Source of the DNA: Nitrospirales bacterium
GTDB lineage: Bacteria; Nitrospirota; Nitrospiria; Nitrospirales; UBA8639
Length of the DNA stretch: 64,000 nt
Assembly (NCBI GenBank): GCA_965223295.1
Contig: CBDCWC010000002.1
Location: 1,216,001 to 1,280,000, forward strand
Reading direction: 5' to 3'
Every line of letters starts with the position of its first letter. Positions within the stretch are counted from its first letter, which is position 1. This document shows positions 20,186 to 29,143 of this stretch, piece by piece. Under the pieces are notes generated by a model, which saw only the letters and a program-made list of their open reading frames with translations, searched no databases and had not been told where the DNA came from. The position numbers and the translations under genes are program-made.

Positions 20186-20689
20186 TTATTCAACATGTTG
20201 CTCTCGTGTATAAGTGCCAGACTTCCCTCCCGACTTGGAAACCAAAGCAATCTCACCAAACTCCATACCCTTATCGATGGCTTTACACATGTCATAGATC
20301 GTCAGCGCAGCAACGGACACGGCTGTCAGGGCTTCCATCTCCACCCCGGTATTACCCGCAGTTTTTACCGTAGCTCGAATGGTAATCGTACAACGTCCCG
20401 CGTCATTCGGATGAACCTCCTCCTCAAAATCCACATCCACATTTGTCAACAACAGCGGATGACACATTGGAATTAAGTCAGGTGTACGCTTCGCCCCCAT
20501 GACTCCAGCAACCTGAGCCACCGCCAAAACATCACCCTTTGCAATTCGTCCTGCTTGAATTTTTTCGAGAGTTTCTGGAAGAAGAAACACTTTCCCCTCA
20601 GCCACGGCCACCCGCTCAGTGGGCACTTTGTGAGTGACATCCACCATTCGAGCTCGCCCGGCTTCATTAAAATGGGTAAGGTTTCCCAT
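20186..20689 (-). CDS. moaC: Cyclic pyranopterin monophosphate synthase MoaC
   Basis: [35 protein letters not shown]. Confidence 0.97.
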   Translation of the reverse strand: MGNLTHFNEAGRARMVDVTHKVPTERVAVAEGKVFLLPETLEKIQAGRIAKGDVLAVAQVAGVMGAKRTPDLIPMCHPLLLTNVDVDFEEEVHPNDAGRCTITIRATVKTAGNTGVEMEALTAVSVAALTIYDMCKAIDKGMEFGEIALVSKSGGKSGTYTREQHVE

Positions 20690-20738
20690 AACGAGTCGTA
20701 GATCATGAAGAAGAAAAAATTATCTAAAAAATCAATCA

Positions 20739-20768
20739 AGTATAGAGAGCTAAGAAAAACATCGTCAA
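20739..20768 (-). promoter_or_regulatory. Candidate sigma70 promoter for moaCDEA
   Basis: Minus strand TTGACG-N18-TATACT. Confidence 0.5.
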
Positions 20769-20791
20769 GCAACCAGAATCGGGCATTTCAC

Positions 20792-20820
20792 TTGACAAGG
20801 TGAGGCAATGCTCCTATAAG
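20792..20820 (+). promoter_or_regulatory. Candidate sigma70 promoter for the DsrE-family gene
   Basis: TTGACA-N17-TATAAG, 38 nt before the ATG. Confidence 0.6.
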
Positions 20821-20858
20821 TCACCTGTCATCTCTTTGAATGTAGGGAACTTTTTCTC

Positions 20859-21212
20859 ATGCCTGATCCAGCCACCTCGTCCACCCCCTCATTAGCTGGG
20901 AAAAAACTGGGCCTTCTCCTTTCCACCGCGCCAGATCATCCAAATGCCGAGACCGTCTACCAGCTTTCTAAGACAGCTTTAGATAATAAGGTAGACACCT
21001 ACCTATATTTTATTGATGAAGGGGTTCTGAACCTGAAGGACGCCAGATTTATTGAATTAGCCAAGGAAGGATTAAAACTCTTCGTCTGCGCCTATGGCTG
21101 TCAGCAACATAACCTTTCAACAGATGGCTATGGCAAAGAAGTCAATTTTTGCGGCCTCGTCATTCTCTCCAACATCATCGACGGCTGCGACCGCTTCCTC
21201 GCCTTCAACTAA
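20859..21212 (+). CDS. DsrE/DsrF-family (TusD-like) sulfur-relay protein
   Basis: YFIDEGV, LFVCAYGC, and terminal CDRFLAF pattern typical of the DsrEFH-like fold. Confidence 0.75.
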   Translation: MPDPATSSTPSLAGKKLGLLLSTAPDHPNAETVYQLSKTALDNKVDTYLYFIDEGVLNLKDARFIELAKEGLKLFVCAYGCQQHNLSTDGYGKEVNFCGLVILSNIIDGCDRFLAFN

Positions 21213-21237
21213 CCACAAACAAACCATTAATAACAAT

Positions 21238-21277
21238 AGGGGTCAGACTCGAATTAATTAATTTGAGTCTGACCCCT
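21238..21277. repeat. 40-bp near-perfect palindrome (REP-like / bidirectional hairpin)
   Basis: AGGGGTCAGACTC-G-AATTAATTAATT-T-GAGTCTGACCCCT, located between convergent genes. Confidence 0.8.
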
Positions 21278-21293
21278 GTTAGAAAAAGACAGT

Positions 21294-22316
21294 TTATCGC
21301 TGGGCGTCGGGTTTCCAGCTTAAGCCAATATTGAGGATTCGTTGAATCAGAGCCTCATAGGACATGCCAGCGCGTTCCGCAGATTCGGCCAGATCTTCCC
21401 CATAGGCAAGTTGCGCATTGGGATTGGCCTCAAGAAAGTAGAGACGATTCTTCGCATCCAAGCGAAAATCCATCCGTGCATACCCATTGAGCCCTAAAAT
21501 ATGATAGGCACGCTTGGCCGTGCGCTGAATAGCACGTACCCGTTTAGGACTTAATCCCTCAACCTCTCCGGATTGGATATCATATTTTTTTTGATATTTC
21601 ACACTCCATTTGACCCGCGCCGTGGCAATCGGCGACGCATCAGGCGGAAGATTTTTCAGATCCAACTCCCATACAGGCAATACTTGCAGCCGTCGATTTC
21701 CCAAGACGCCCACATAGAGTTCCCGCCCTTCAATATACCGTTCTGCTATGGCACTGGTTCCAACATTTTGATGAACAAATTCCACACGCTCTTTGAGTTT
21801 TTCTTCATCATGCACGATGGAGGCTTGCGAGATGCCCAAAGAGGCCTCTTCACTGATGGACTTCACAATGACAGGGAATGGAAATTCTCCTGTCCATTTG
21901 ATTGCTCTTCCAATAGGGAATACAGCAAAATCCGGACAGCGAATACCATGATAGGCCATAATTTTTTTCGACCACCCTTTGTCACGCGTCAGCACCAAAC
22001 CTTTAGGGTTACAGCCGGTATAGGGTACGCCTAAGAGTTCCAAATACGACACAACATTTTGATCAAATTCAGGATTTCCATTGAATTCTTCTAATAAATT
22101 AAAAGCAATGTGTGGCTTCCAATCGTTCACGATTTGATCGATGACTCGCAAATCATCTCGAACTCCCAATGCTGTCACATCATGACCTAAATCCGTGAGC
22201 GTCGTGAGCACATCAAACTCCGTTTTCCATTCCACCAAAGCCAGATCGACACCTTCCGGATTATCCGGTGGCACCAAATCTTGATGCATGAGGACCATGA
22301 CTCGAAGTTTTCTCAT
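21294..22316 (-). CDS. ATP-grasp ligase, D-Ala-D-Ala-ligase-like but non-canonical
   Basis: PYTG, DK, FPVIVK, EEASLGI, ERYIEGRE, YARMDFR, LEANPN; lacks the Ddl N-terminal GGxSxE motif. Confidence 0.85.
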   Translation of the reverse strand: MRKLRVMVLMHQDLVPPDNPEGVDLALVEWKTEFDVLTTLTDLGHDVTALGVRDDLRVIDQIVNDWKPHIAFNLLEEFNGNPEFDQNVVSYLELLGVPYTGCNPKGLVLTRDKGWSKKIMAYHGIRCPDFAVFPIGRAIKWTGEFPFPVIVKSISEEASLGISQASIVHDEEKLKERVEFVHQNVGTSAIAERYIEGRELYVGVLGNRRLQVLPVWELDLKNLPPDASPIATARVKWSVKYQKKYDIQSGEVEGLSPKRVRAIQRTAKRAYHILGLNGYARMDFRLDAKNRLYFLEANPNAQLAYGEDLAESAERAGMSYEALIQRILNIGLSWKPDAQR

Positions 22317-23356
22317 AGGACCAATCGATGCCTGCCTCCATGCAGATAATTCATGGTCTGCACAGTTAACAAAATCGTGAAATCAACTTTGGCTCGCTCC
22401 TCAGGTATCGCCAACCGCAAGTTTTTTTTCCGGCAATGGGCAATCATATCTCGTAACACTTGATCGATGGTGTATTGATACTCTCCGGTCCATTCCGCAA
22501 CTTTGCGCCGCACCTCCTTCCGAAATTTGCGAATAAAGGATGCGGCTGTCGGATGCTCCGTTTTCTCAGGATCGCCTGAAAACAATCGCCGTAAATCGCG
22601 GTCATAAAAATTGGGATAATTGAGCCCATAACGTTCCCGCTTACTTTCATAGTGTTCACGTAACGTTTTTTGGAGACGTCCAATGGGATCGACACGTTCT
22701 TTTTTGGTCACAATCGGCGGGACACCGACCAATTCCTTCATCAGCCCATCCACGTATTCCAATTTTTTGAGCGCTGGCCACCCAGCATACCGCTCCCGCC
22801 AGTGAGACCCTGGAGTCAACCAGACGGCAAAGGTTTCGGCAAAATCTTCATCGGGATGACTTTGGGCATACCACATATCAAGATGCAGAACGAAACTTTT
22901 ACTGTAGGGCTTGGGAAGATAACAGTCGGGGTACGGCACTGAACTTTTCCCAAACATCTTCTGGCGGGTGCGGCGGCGGCGCAAATGATAGGCATTTTCA
23001 ATGGCATGACCGGTTTCATGACGAAGGATACGCATGCACCCATCAACGGTTCCACCTTCAATTTCCAACATTTGGTTGAGCTCTAACTTCGCCAGCCGCG
23101 GGTGAGCCATATAAAATGGGGCCGCCAATCCTGGCACCCCGTCAGGAGAATACCAGTCATCCGATAACCACACATGCGGACGAAAAGTGAGTCCCTGAGC
23201 CTGGAGCTCCCTGCCCAATTGTCTCACACACTTATTAAGTTCCGTCCCCGGAATTCGCAATTTCAAATCGCAAATTCGGAGATCTAGAAGCTGTTCATCA
23301 GACAAAGAGACCCAATCAGGTTGATCTGATTGTCTATCCTTAGCACTACCCGACAT
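22313..23356 (-). CDS. Putative zinc-binding metallopeptidase (Peptidase_Mx-like zincin)
   Basis: LRHETGH (HExxH) with downstream YAQSHPDEDFAETFA; ATGA overlap with the ATP-grasp gene. Confidence 0.8.
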   Translation of the reverse strand: MSGSAKDRQSDQPDWVSLSDEQLLDLRICDLKLRIPGTELNKCVRQLGRELQAQGLTFRPHVWLSDDWYSPDGVPGLAAPFYMAHPRLAKLELNQMLEIEGGTVDGCMRILRHETGHAIENAYHLRRRRTRQKMFGKSSVPYPDCYLPKPYSKSFVLHLDMWYAQSHPDEDFAETFAVWLTPGSHWRERYAGWPALKKLEYVDGLMKELVGVPPIVTKKERVDPIGRLQKTLREHYESKRERYGLNYPNFYDRDLRRLFSGDPEKTEHPTAASFIRKFRKEVRRKVAEWTGEYQYTIDQVLRDMIAHCRKKNLRLAIPEERAKVDFTILLTVQTMNYLHGGRHRLVL

Positions 23357-23374
23357 GAGTTCAAGAGTCCCTTA

Positions 23375-23405
23375 CAATGTCATCAGGCAAATGCCGATGA
23401 CATTG
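23375..23405. promoter_or_regulatory. Inverted repeat directly 5' of the peptidase RBS
   Basis: CAATGTCATC-A-GGCA-AA-TGCC-GATGACATTG. Confidence 0.5.
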
Positions 23406-23852
23406 CCTGTTGTCAATTCGCTTGCCCATAAGAAGGCTCTTCATATGTGTACCATAAAATATCCAAAGCTTTATGACTAGTCATCAATACATCCCCGTCA
23501 ATTTTTCGAAGCATTGGATTCTTTAAAGAGATCAAAAATTCTGATAGTGCGGCCTTTAACATTTTTTAAAATTGTTGGACAATATTCATAGCTTTTCGGC
23601 CGTCAGCTATGGTAGATTTCGCGTCCTTTTTCTCGAAGATTTTTTCAATCATTGCTCACCATTTATTCTAGGCAATTCCGTTTTCATTATTAATTTATTT
23701 TCCACGTCGAAACTTTTTGAGGAATGATTCATCTCTCGTGATTTACCACATATCACAACGATGTCTCGTGTCGTTCTTTCATGCTGCATTCAGCAACTAA
23801 CTCGATCGCCACTCCTCCTGAAGTGAGACTAGATGCCCTATGGAGTCCCTCT

Positions 23853-24005
23853 ATGCATACTTGCGAAAAATGTCAGGGAAGCATGTTATTGGATCGGGAG
23901 GTAGACATGGAATCAGGCATGTCACTACTGGTGTTCGTCTGCATCAATTGCGGACGACGGAAACAAGCTGAACGCGCACCCATTCCTTTAATTAAGGTGT
24001 CGTAA
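23853..24005 (+). CDS. Small zinc-ribbon protein (50 aa)
   Basis: MHTCEKCQG...CINCG (CxxC...CxxCG); GGAG RBS before ATG 23853. Confidence 0.7.
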   Translation: MHTCEKCQGSMLLDREVDMESGMSLLVFVCINCGRRKQAERAPIPLIKVS

Positions 24006-24091
24006 CGCACCTTATTCCAGAACTTTGCGTTGTCTCACAAAACAGGGCATCTTGAGCTTGAACGAATTTCTAGCAGTCGGCGTTAGATACA

Positions 24092-24282
24092 GGGCCTGTT
24101 GAAAAAAGCCGCCAGCAGCGTTCTCGCCATTGTTCCGTGCTCACGTACTGCCAGTACGCTCCGCGCGCAAAAATGACTGTGGCCTTGCTGGACGACATTT
24201 TTGAACAGCCCCGATGCTGGTGATGGCGAAACCGCTTCCGGGCGAAATATGGCCCTTGATATCTTCATTATTCAACACTCCC
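24092..24282 (+). repeat. Dispersed 191-bp structured repeat, copy 1
   Basis: Same length as the copy at 62371-62561, with a 50-nt identical core. Fold-back arms GGGCCTGTTGAAAAA / TTTTTGAACAGCCCC; tail ends TTCAACACTCCC. Confidence 0.9.
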
Positions 24283-24440
24283 ATACAGTGATCCGCACGA
24301 TCCTCTCTAACACACCCCAAGAAAGGACAGTGCCTGCTCGTCTTATCAACTCTCAGGGCAGTGAGATTTTTTTAGAAAGGAATCGAACTCAGAAGACGTA
24401 GAAGACTGGAGAAACGGGGCATAAAAGCCTTGAGGATGAT

Positions 24441-24977
24441 CTAGGGATCAGCGTCTAATTCCATATTCCAATACAGATAATCCCGCCAACTTTCTGGAGC
24501 ATTTCGAATGCCGATCATAAGCGTAAGTCGCGGCGTCCATTTTGGCTTGATAGGCTCCTTCAACAACTTCATGCCAGCTTCCTTGGGAGTCCTGCCACTT
24601 TTTCGATTATTACAACGCCAACAGGCCGTCACAATATTTTCCCAAGTTTTCCGTCCCTCTTTGGCAATCGGCACGACATGATCGAAGGTCAATTCCTCGG
24701 TTCGAAACTTCTTATAACAATATTGGCAAGTATACCGATCACGCGTAAAGATATTAATCCGTGAAAATTTGACAGCATGATGATGAGAACGTAGCTTCAC
24801 AAAGTTGAGCAGCCGCATGACTGAAGGCAGTTTGAAGGAGATAGACACACCACGGATGTCCCTATCATAAAACTCGAGGACCTCAACCTTGCCTTGCCAC
24901 AACAAGCTGATGGCTTTTTGCCAATGAACCACTCGTAGCGGTTCATAGGAAGCATTGAGCAGTAACGTCATTTCCAT
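24441..24977 (-). CDS. HNH endonuclease family protein
   Basis: LLLNASYEPL, RDRYTCQYC, TFDHVVP, WENIVTACWRCNNRK. Confidence 0.92.
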   Translation of the reverse strand: MEMTLLLNASYEPLRVVHWQKAISLLWQGKVEVLEFYDRDIRGVSISFKLPSVMRLLNFVKLRSHHHAVKFSRINIFTRDRYTCQYCYKKFRTEELTFDHVVPIAKEGRKTWENIVTACWRCNNRKSGRTPKEAGMKLLKEPIKPKWTPRLTLMIGIRNAPESWRDYLYWNMELDADP

Positions 24978-25122
24978 AATGAGCGACTCACAAACATACA
25001 GAATTTGGCAAAACTCTTTTCGTATATCATCCGGTTATGAAGAGAATCAAGGGCATGATTCCTTGAGTTGTGACGTCAAGAAGAAATTGCTAAAATGAAG
25101 GATTTTCGTCGGTACGATCCCT

Positions 25123-25452
25123 ATGCCCTTAAATTTCATCTCTATTGCCAAGATCACAGATCTTCCACCTGGCACTTGTACAAGCATTGAACTCGAAGAT
25201 TTGGGCATTGCACTTTTTAACATTGAGGGGGAAATTTATGCCCTTGATAATACCTGTCCGCATGCCGGCGGTCCGTTAGGGGAAGGCAGCATTGAAGGAG
25301 AGTATGTCGCCTGTCCCTGGCATGGGTGGAAATTTCATATCCCCACCGGCACATGCCAGAAGAATCCTACTCCAAGCTTAAATGTCCCGTGCTTCGACGT
25401 TCGCATCATTGACGGAACTATCCAAATTGCCAAGCCATCTCCACCGGCATAA
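25123..25452 (+). CDS. Rieske [2Fe-2S] ferredoxin
   Basis: CPHAGGPL...CPWHGWKF. Confidence 0.93.
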   Translation: MPLNFISIAKITDLPPGTCTSIELEDLGIALFNIEGEIYALDNTCPHAGGPLGEGSIEGEYVACPWHGWKFHIPTGTCQKNPTPSLNVPCFDVRIIDGTIQIAKPSPPA

Positions 25453-25894
25453 GCAAAAAGGAAATTTCTTCCTGATGCGGGAGGGGCGGCAAGTTTTCAA
25501 AGGGCATTAACTGCTGAGCCGCTAACGAAATCACGCGAATTGACTTCTCCTTCATATCCACCCGCCAAGCAAACTCCCGCTCAATCCACCCCGTTTCTCC
25601 CTTCTCTCGAACAATCTTTCTGATCATAAATTTCTGATCTTTTTGAGGTGCAACCTGCCAGTCTTCTTCGCGATAGGGCACCCCTTTCTTCTGTAGTCCA
25701 TCAACAAACAGTTGGAGTGATTCTTCCAGGGTATAGCCCTCACGGGATAAATGATGTTGCACGAGTTCCAATGCTTCTCTCGCCACAGGATCGGTATCTT
25801 GCAACCGCGCCGCCGTCGGCTGAAGCACGTGAGACGCTACCCACATTACCGTTAAAAGTACAACGATAACCGCAGCACCAACGATCTTTTTCAT
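25418..25894 (-). CDS. Hypothetical membrane-anchored protein
   Basis: MKK followed by a hydrophobic anchor from ATG 25894; co-oriented downstream of cobD. Confidence 0.6.
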   Translation of the reverse strand: MKKIVGAAVIVVLLTVMWVASHVLQPTAARLQDTDPVAREALELVQHHLSREGYTLEESLQLFVDGLQKKGVPYREEDWQVAPQKDQKFMIRKIVREKGETGWIEREFAWRVDMKEKSIRVISLAAQQLMPFENLPPLPHQEEISFLLMPVEMAWQFG

Positions 25895-26073
25895 ATGAGC
25901 TGCCACGCTGGTATTCTTTCTAAAAGTCTTTAATTGGCACTCCAGATCTACTACGTCTTTTATACCACAAAAGTCTCTACGACCGCTGCCTCTCTCCCAG
26001 AACCTCAATCAGCCTAAAGCAATTGCGCAGAAACATCTCCAAAGCTCGTAGCTTCATTCAAATTTCATTGACA

Positions 26074-27198
26074 TCACCTTCGTAATATCTTTTTGAGCGC
26101 ATGAACAAGTCGTTGATTTTCTCGCTTTCGTCGAATCGCAAACCGAAGTGCGGGGACACTCATCCCAGAGAAGTTTTGACAATCTCTGACCAAGATGCCT
26201 TGATCCAGTAGCCGAGCCACAATTTCTTCCGAGCGGCGACAATCAACAATTTCTACCATGACAAAATTGGTATCGGTAGGCAGAACCCGCAAACCAGGGA
26301 TAGCCCGCAACTCTCCTAAAAAACGAGGACGTTCTTGCTCCATAAAACTTAGACTTTTCTTTCGAAAACTCACTTGACTAAGGGCCGTCATTCCCGCAGC
26401 CTGAGCCACATGATTGACTGACCAAGGAGGTAGATGCTTCTGTATTGATTCCACGACAGCTTGTTGGCCAACAAGATAACCAAGACGGATACCTGGAATG
26501 GAAAAAAACTTGGTGAAGCTGCGGAGAATCAGTAGTCGAGAATAGACGGAAATGTCCTTAATAAGTGAATGAGATGGGCACCAATCCATAAAGGCTTCAT
26601 CCACAATAATCCAGGATCCTATTTGATGGACTTGTCGAACAAGTTTTCGCATGTGTCGGAGTGAAATACGTTGCCCCGTTGGACTATTTGGATTACACAC
26701 AAACACTGCACGATTGAGCCTGCTCGGTTTGCCACACTTCTTGCGATACGCCAACTCCCATTCTTCAAGAACTTCCTGCAGTTTTTCGCGCGGAAGGGAA
26801 TACCGTTGGGCCGAATCTGCATTAACCGCGGTCCATCTTACTCCTGCTAATTGAAGCGAATGTTCGAATTCTGAAAAAGTGGGACCGACGATACAGGCAT
26901 ATCGCAGCCCAAGCGCTCTTGGAAGGAATCGAATGAGTTCTACCGAGCCATTGGCTACAAGAATGGATTGCTGAGAAATCTGATGTTCATGAGCCAATCG
27001 CGCGCGAAGATCTTCTGAAGACGAGTCAGGGTAGTGCTGACAACCATTCACTGCCTCGTGCATAGTTTGCAACACCGATGGCGGTGGACCTAGTGGATTT
27101 AAACTCGCACTAAAGTCCAGAAGGGTCTCGACAGGTCGCCCTAGTCGTTCGGCAACTTGATAAATCTGCCCGCCATGAGCACCAGCATCTTTCACCAC
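26074..27198 (-). CDS. cobD: L-threonine-O-3-phosphate decarboxylase
   Basis: HGG, DFSASLNPLG, CNPNSPTG, VDEAFMD, LRSFTKFFSIPGIRLGY; cob context. Confidence 0.92.
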   Translation of the reverse strand: MVKDAGAHGGQIYQVAERLGRPVETLLDFSASLNPLGPPPSVLQTMHEAVNGCQHYPDSSSEDLRARLAHEHQISQQSILVANGSVELIRFLPRALGLRYACIVGPTFSEFEHSLQLAGVRWTAVNADSAQRYSLPREKLQEVLEEWELAYRKKCGKPSRLNRAVFVCNPNSPTGQRISLRHMRKLVRQVHQIGSWIIVDEAFMDWCPSHSLIKDISVYSRLLILRSFTKFFSIPGIRLGYLVGQQAVVESIQKHLPPWSVNHVAQAAGMTALSQVSFRKKSLSFMEQERPRFLGELRAIPGLRVLPTDTNFVMVEIVDCRRSEEIVARLLDQGILVRDCQNFSGMSVPALRFAIRRKRENQRLVHALKKILRR

Positions 27199-28148
27199 AG
27201 TGTGACCATCATCATACAGACGATGAGAACAAAGATGGCGGCCACCGTGATTAACCGAAGAGCAAGGGGAATGAACGCGGGGACCAAGAGACGTTCTGAG
27301 TCTCCAAGCTTTGCCCGTTCCTCAACAATACCTTCATAGTGATTGACTCCGCCTAACTGAACACCAAGCGCACCAGCCATCGCAGCCTCAGGCCACCCGC
27401 TATTAGGGCTGGGATGTTTGGACGCATCACGCCAACACATGCGCCAGGCTTTTTTCCCTCTTCCCTCATACAAAGCGGCAGCAAGACAAAGACTTACCGC
27501 GGTGAGACGCGCTGGAATCCAGTTCATCACATCATCCAAACGTGCTGCCGCCCATCCAATATCACGATATCGCACATTGCGATAGCCAACCATCGAGTCC
27601 AACGTATTCACAGCCTTATAAGCCATCGCCAGAGCTGGACCGCCGAGCACCAGATAAAACAAGGGCGCGACGATTCCATCTGACGAACTTTCAGCCACAG
27701 ATTCAACCGTTGCTCGAACAACGTCACTTTCTGAGAGTTGAGCTGTGTCACGGCCCACTAACCGACTGACAGCGAACCTTGCATCCGACAACTCCTGTTT
27801 GGTTATCGCCTGATACACACACATAGCATGATCCCATAAATCCCGAGCGGCTAAGGTGGTGTAGCCCAAGACAACCCATGCCAAAATTCCTAATCCTTGA
27901 TTCAACGAATTGATCCATCCAATTAATTCTTGAACTAGAACATAACATCCAGATGGCAATCCGAGTGCCAACACCACCCCTGCCACCCTCTTCCCAAGAT
28001 GGCTTTTGCATATGGTAGAAATTAGCTCTTCATACCGATTAATCGTCGCCCCTATTAGACGAACAGGATGCGGCACCCAGCAGGGATCTCCCAGAACCAT
28101 ATCCATTAGACACACAGCCAAAATTTTTGAACCCAGGACAAACTCCAT
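27192..28148 (-). CDS. cbiB: Adenosylcobinamide-phosphate synthase CbiB
   Basis: GDP..PHPV, LVGRDT, YKAVNTLDSMVGY, SPNSGWPEAAMAGALG. Start set at ATG 28148. Confidence 0.94.
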   Translation of the reverse strand: MEFVLGSKILAVCLMDMVLGDPCWVPHPVRLIGATINRYEELISTICKSHLGKRVAGVVLALGLPSGCYVLVQELIGWINSLNQGLGILAWVVLGYTTLAARDLWDHAMCVYQAITKQELSDARFAVSRLVGRDTAQLSESDVVRATVESVAESSSDGIVAPLFYLVLGGPALAMAYKAVNTLDSMVGYRNVRYRDIGWAAARLDDVMNWIPARLTAVSLCLAAALYEGRGKKAWRMCWRDASKHPSPNSGWPEAAMAGALGVQLGGVNHYEGIVEERAKLGDSERLLVPAFIPLALRLITVAAIFVLIVCMMMVTLW

Positions 28149-28153
28149 GGGCG

Positions 28154-28360
28154 TTACATTGCAGGATCGCTTGAAGACGAAAACGGTGGAGACTGTGTGA
28201 TGGAAGACAAACAGGCCGGACACAAACAATCATGATATTGTTTGACGATCTTCTCATATTGACTATCGTTCACAGCAAACTCTCCACACCAGCATTGGGA
28301 CAGACCACATTTAAACCCCTCACCACATCGCTCACACGTTTTGGGATACATGCGACCCAT
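28154..28360 (-). CDS. Cysteine-rich CWC family small protein
   Basis: CERCG..FKC....CWC...CLCPACL pattern; fits the cobS-cbiB gap. Confidence 0.82.
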   Translation of the reverse strand: MGRMYPKTCERCGEGFKCGLSQCWCGEFAVNDSQYEKIVKQYHDCLCPACLSSITQSPPFSSSSDPAM

Positions 28361-28378
28361 TCTACTTCCCTCGAGGTT

Positions 28379-29143
28379 TTATACAAGAAAGACGAACAGC
28401 GGAACACACAGCAAAAACAAAATTTCCACACCTTCGTTGATCGACCCAAGGATATCGCCCGTGATACCGCCTACTTTAGTGGTCATCCACCATGCGTACA
28501 ATCGAACAAGGAGGAATCCAAGACTCAACATAGCCACGGCGAGTACCGGCCTAAAAGCAGCACCAATACCAACACCTACAATACTTGTCGCGATGACAAT
28601 ATCAACGGCCGAGCAGTTCCTAATAAATGCTGCGGCCAGCCCTTCCACGCGAGGGTAAACAGACTTCCATATCCCTACGACCATAGACCAGCGCCCCATT
28701 GCAGGCATGCAAAACAACGCCAAGTCTCGAACCCCGCCAGGTAACGCCATGAGCCCAGCATATCGTAATCCAAGACTCAGCACCAATCCGGTGACCCCTA
28801 TTGCACCAACATGTGAATCACGAAAAATTTCTAAGCGGTGAGCAGGCGTAGTTCCACCAGCAAGGGCGTCTATCGTATCAGCCAATCCATCTTGATGAAG
28901 CCCGCCTGTCACAAGAACATAGAATAAAAGAATGAGAAGATTTAAGACCATGGGAGTGAAAACAGGTTCCAACGCATGATCCAAAATCACCAAGCCTAAA
29001 CCAAGAAGAAACCCCACAACAGGAAACCACCGAAGCGCAACAGCAAAGGTAGAAGGCATGATTTCAGGCATCAGCCTTGAAGGAAGAGGAATAATTGTCA
29101 GAAATTGCCAAGCTAAAGCCAACCCAGCCCAGGCATGTTTCAT
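28379..29143 (-). CDS. cobS: Cobamide synthase CobS
   Basis: FLT..P, TGGLHQDGLADTIDA, DSHVGAIG, GGITGDILG. Confidence 0.95.
   Translation of the reverse strand: MKHAWAGLALAWQFLTIIPLPSRLMPEIMPSTFAVALRWFPVVGFLLGLGLVILDHALEPVFTPMVLNLLILLFYVLVTGGLHQDGLADTIDALAGGTTPAHRLEIFRDSHVGAIGVTGLVLSLGLRYAGLMALPGGVRDLALFCMPAMGRWSMVVGIWKSVYPRVEGLAAAFIRNCSAVDIVIATSIVGVGIGAAFRPVLAVAMLSLGFLLVRLYAWWMTTKVGGITGDILGSINEGVEILFLLCVPLFVFLV

Noticed and set aside
21294..22316. Calling the ATP-grasp gene ddl
   Set aside because: It lacks the N-terminal GGxSxE motif and cell-wall gene context.
24083..24401. Short ORFs at 24083-24268 and 24201-24401, and similar ones at 62344-62659
   Set aside because: Their similarity is explained by the non-coding repeat; starts and stops are not conserved between copies.
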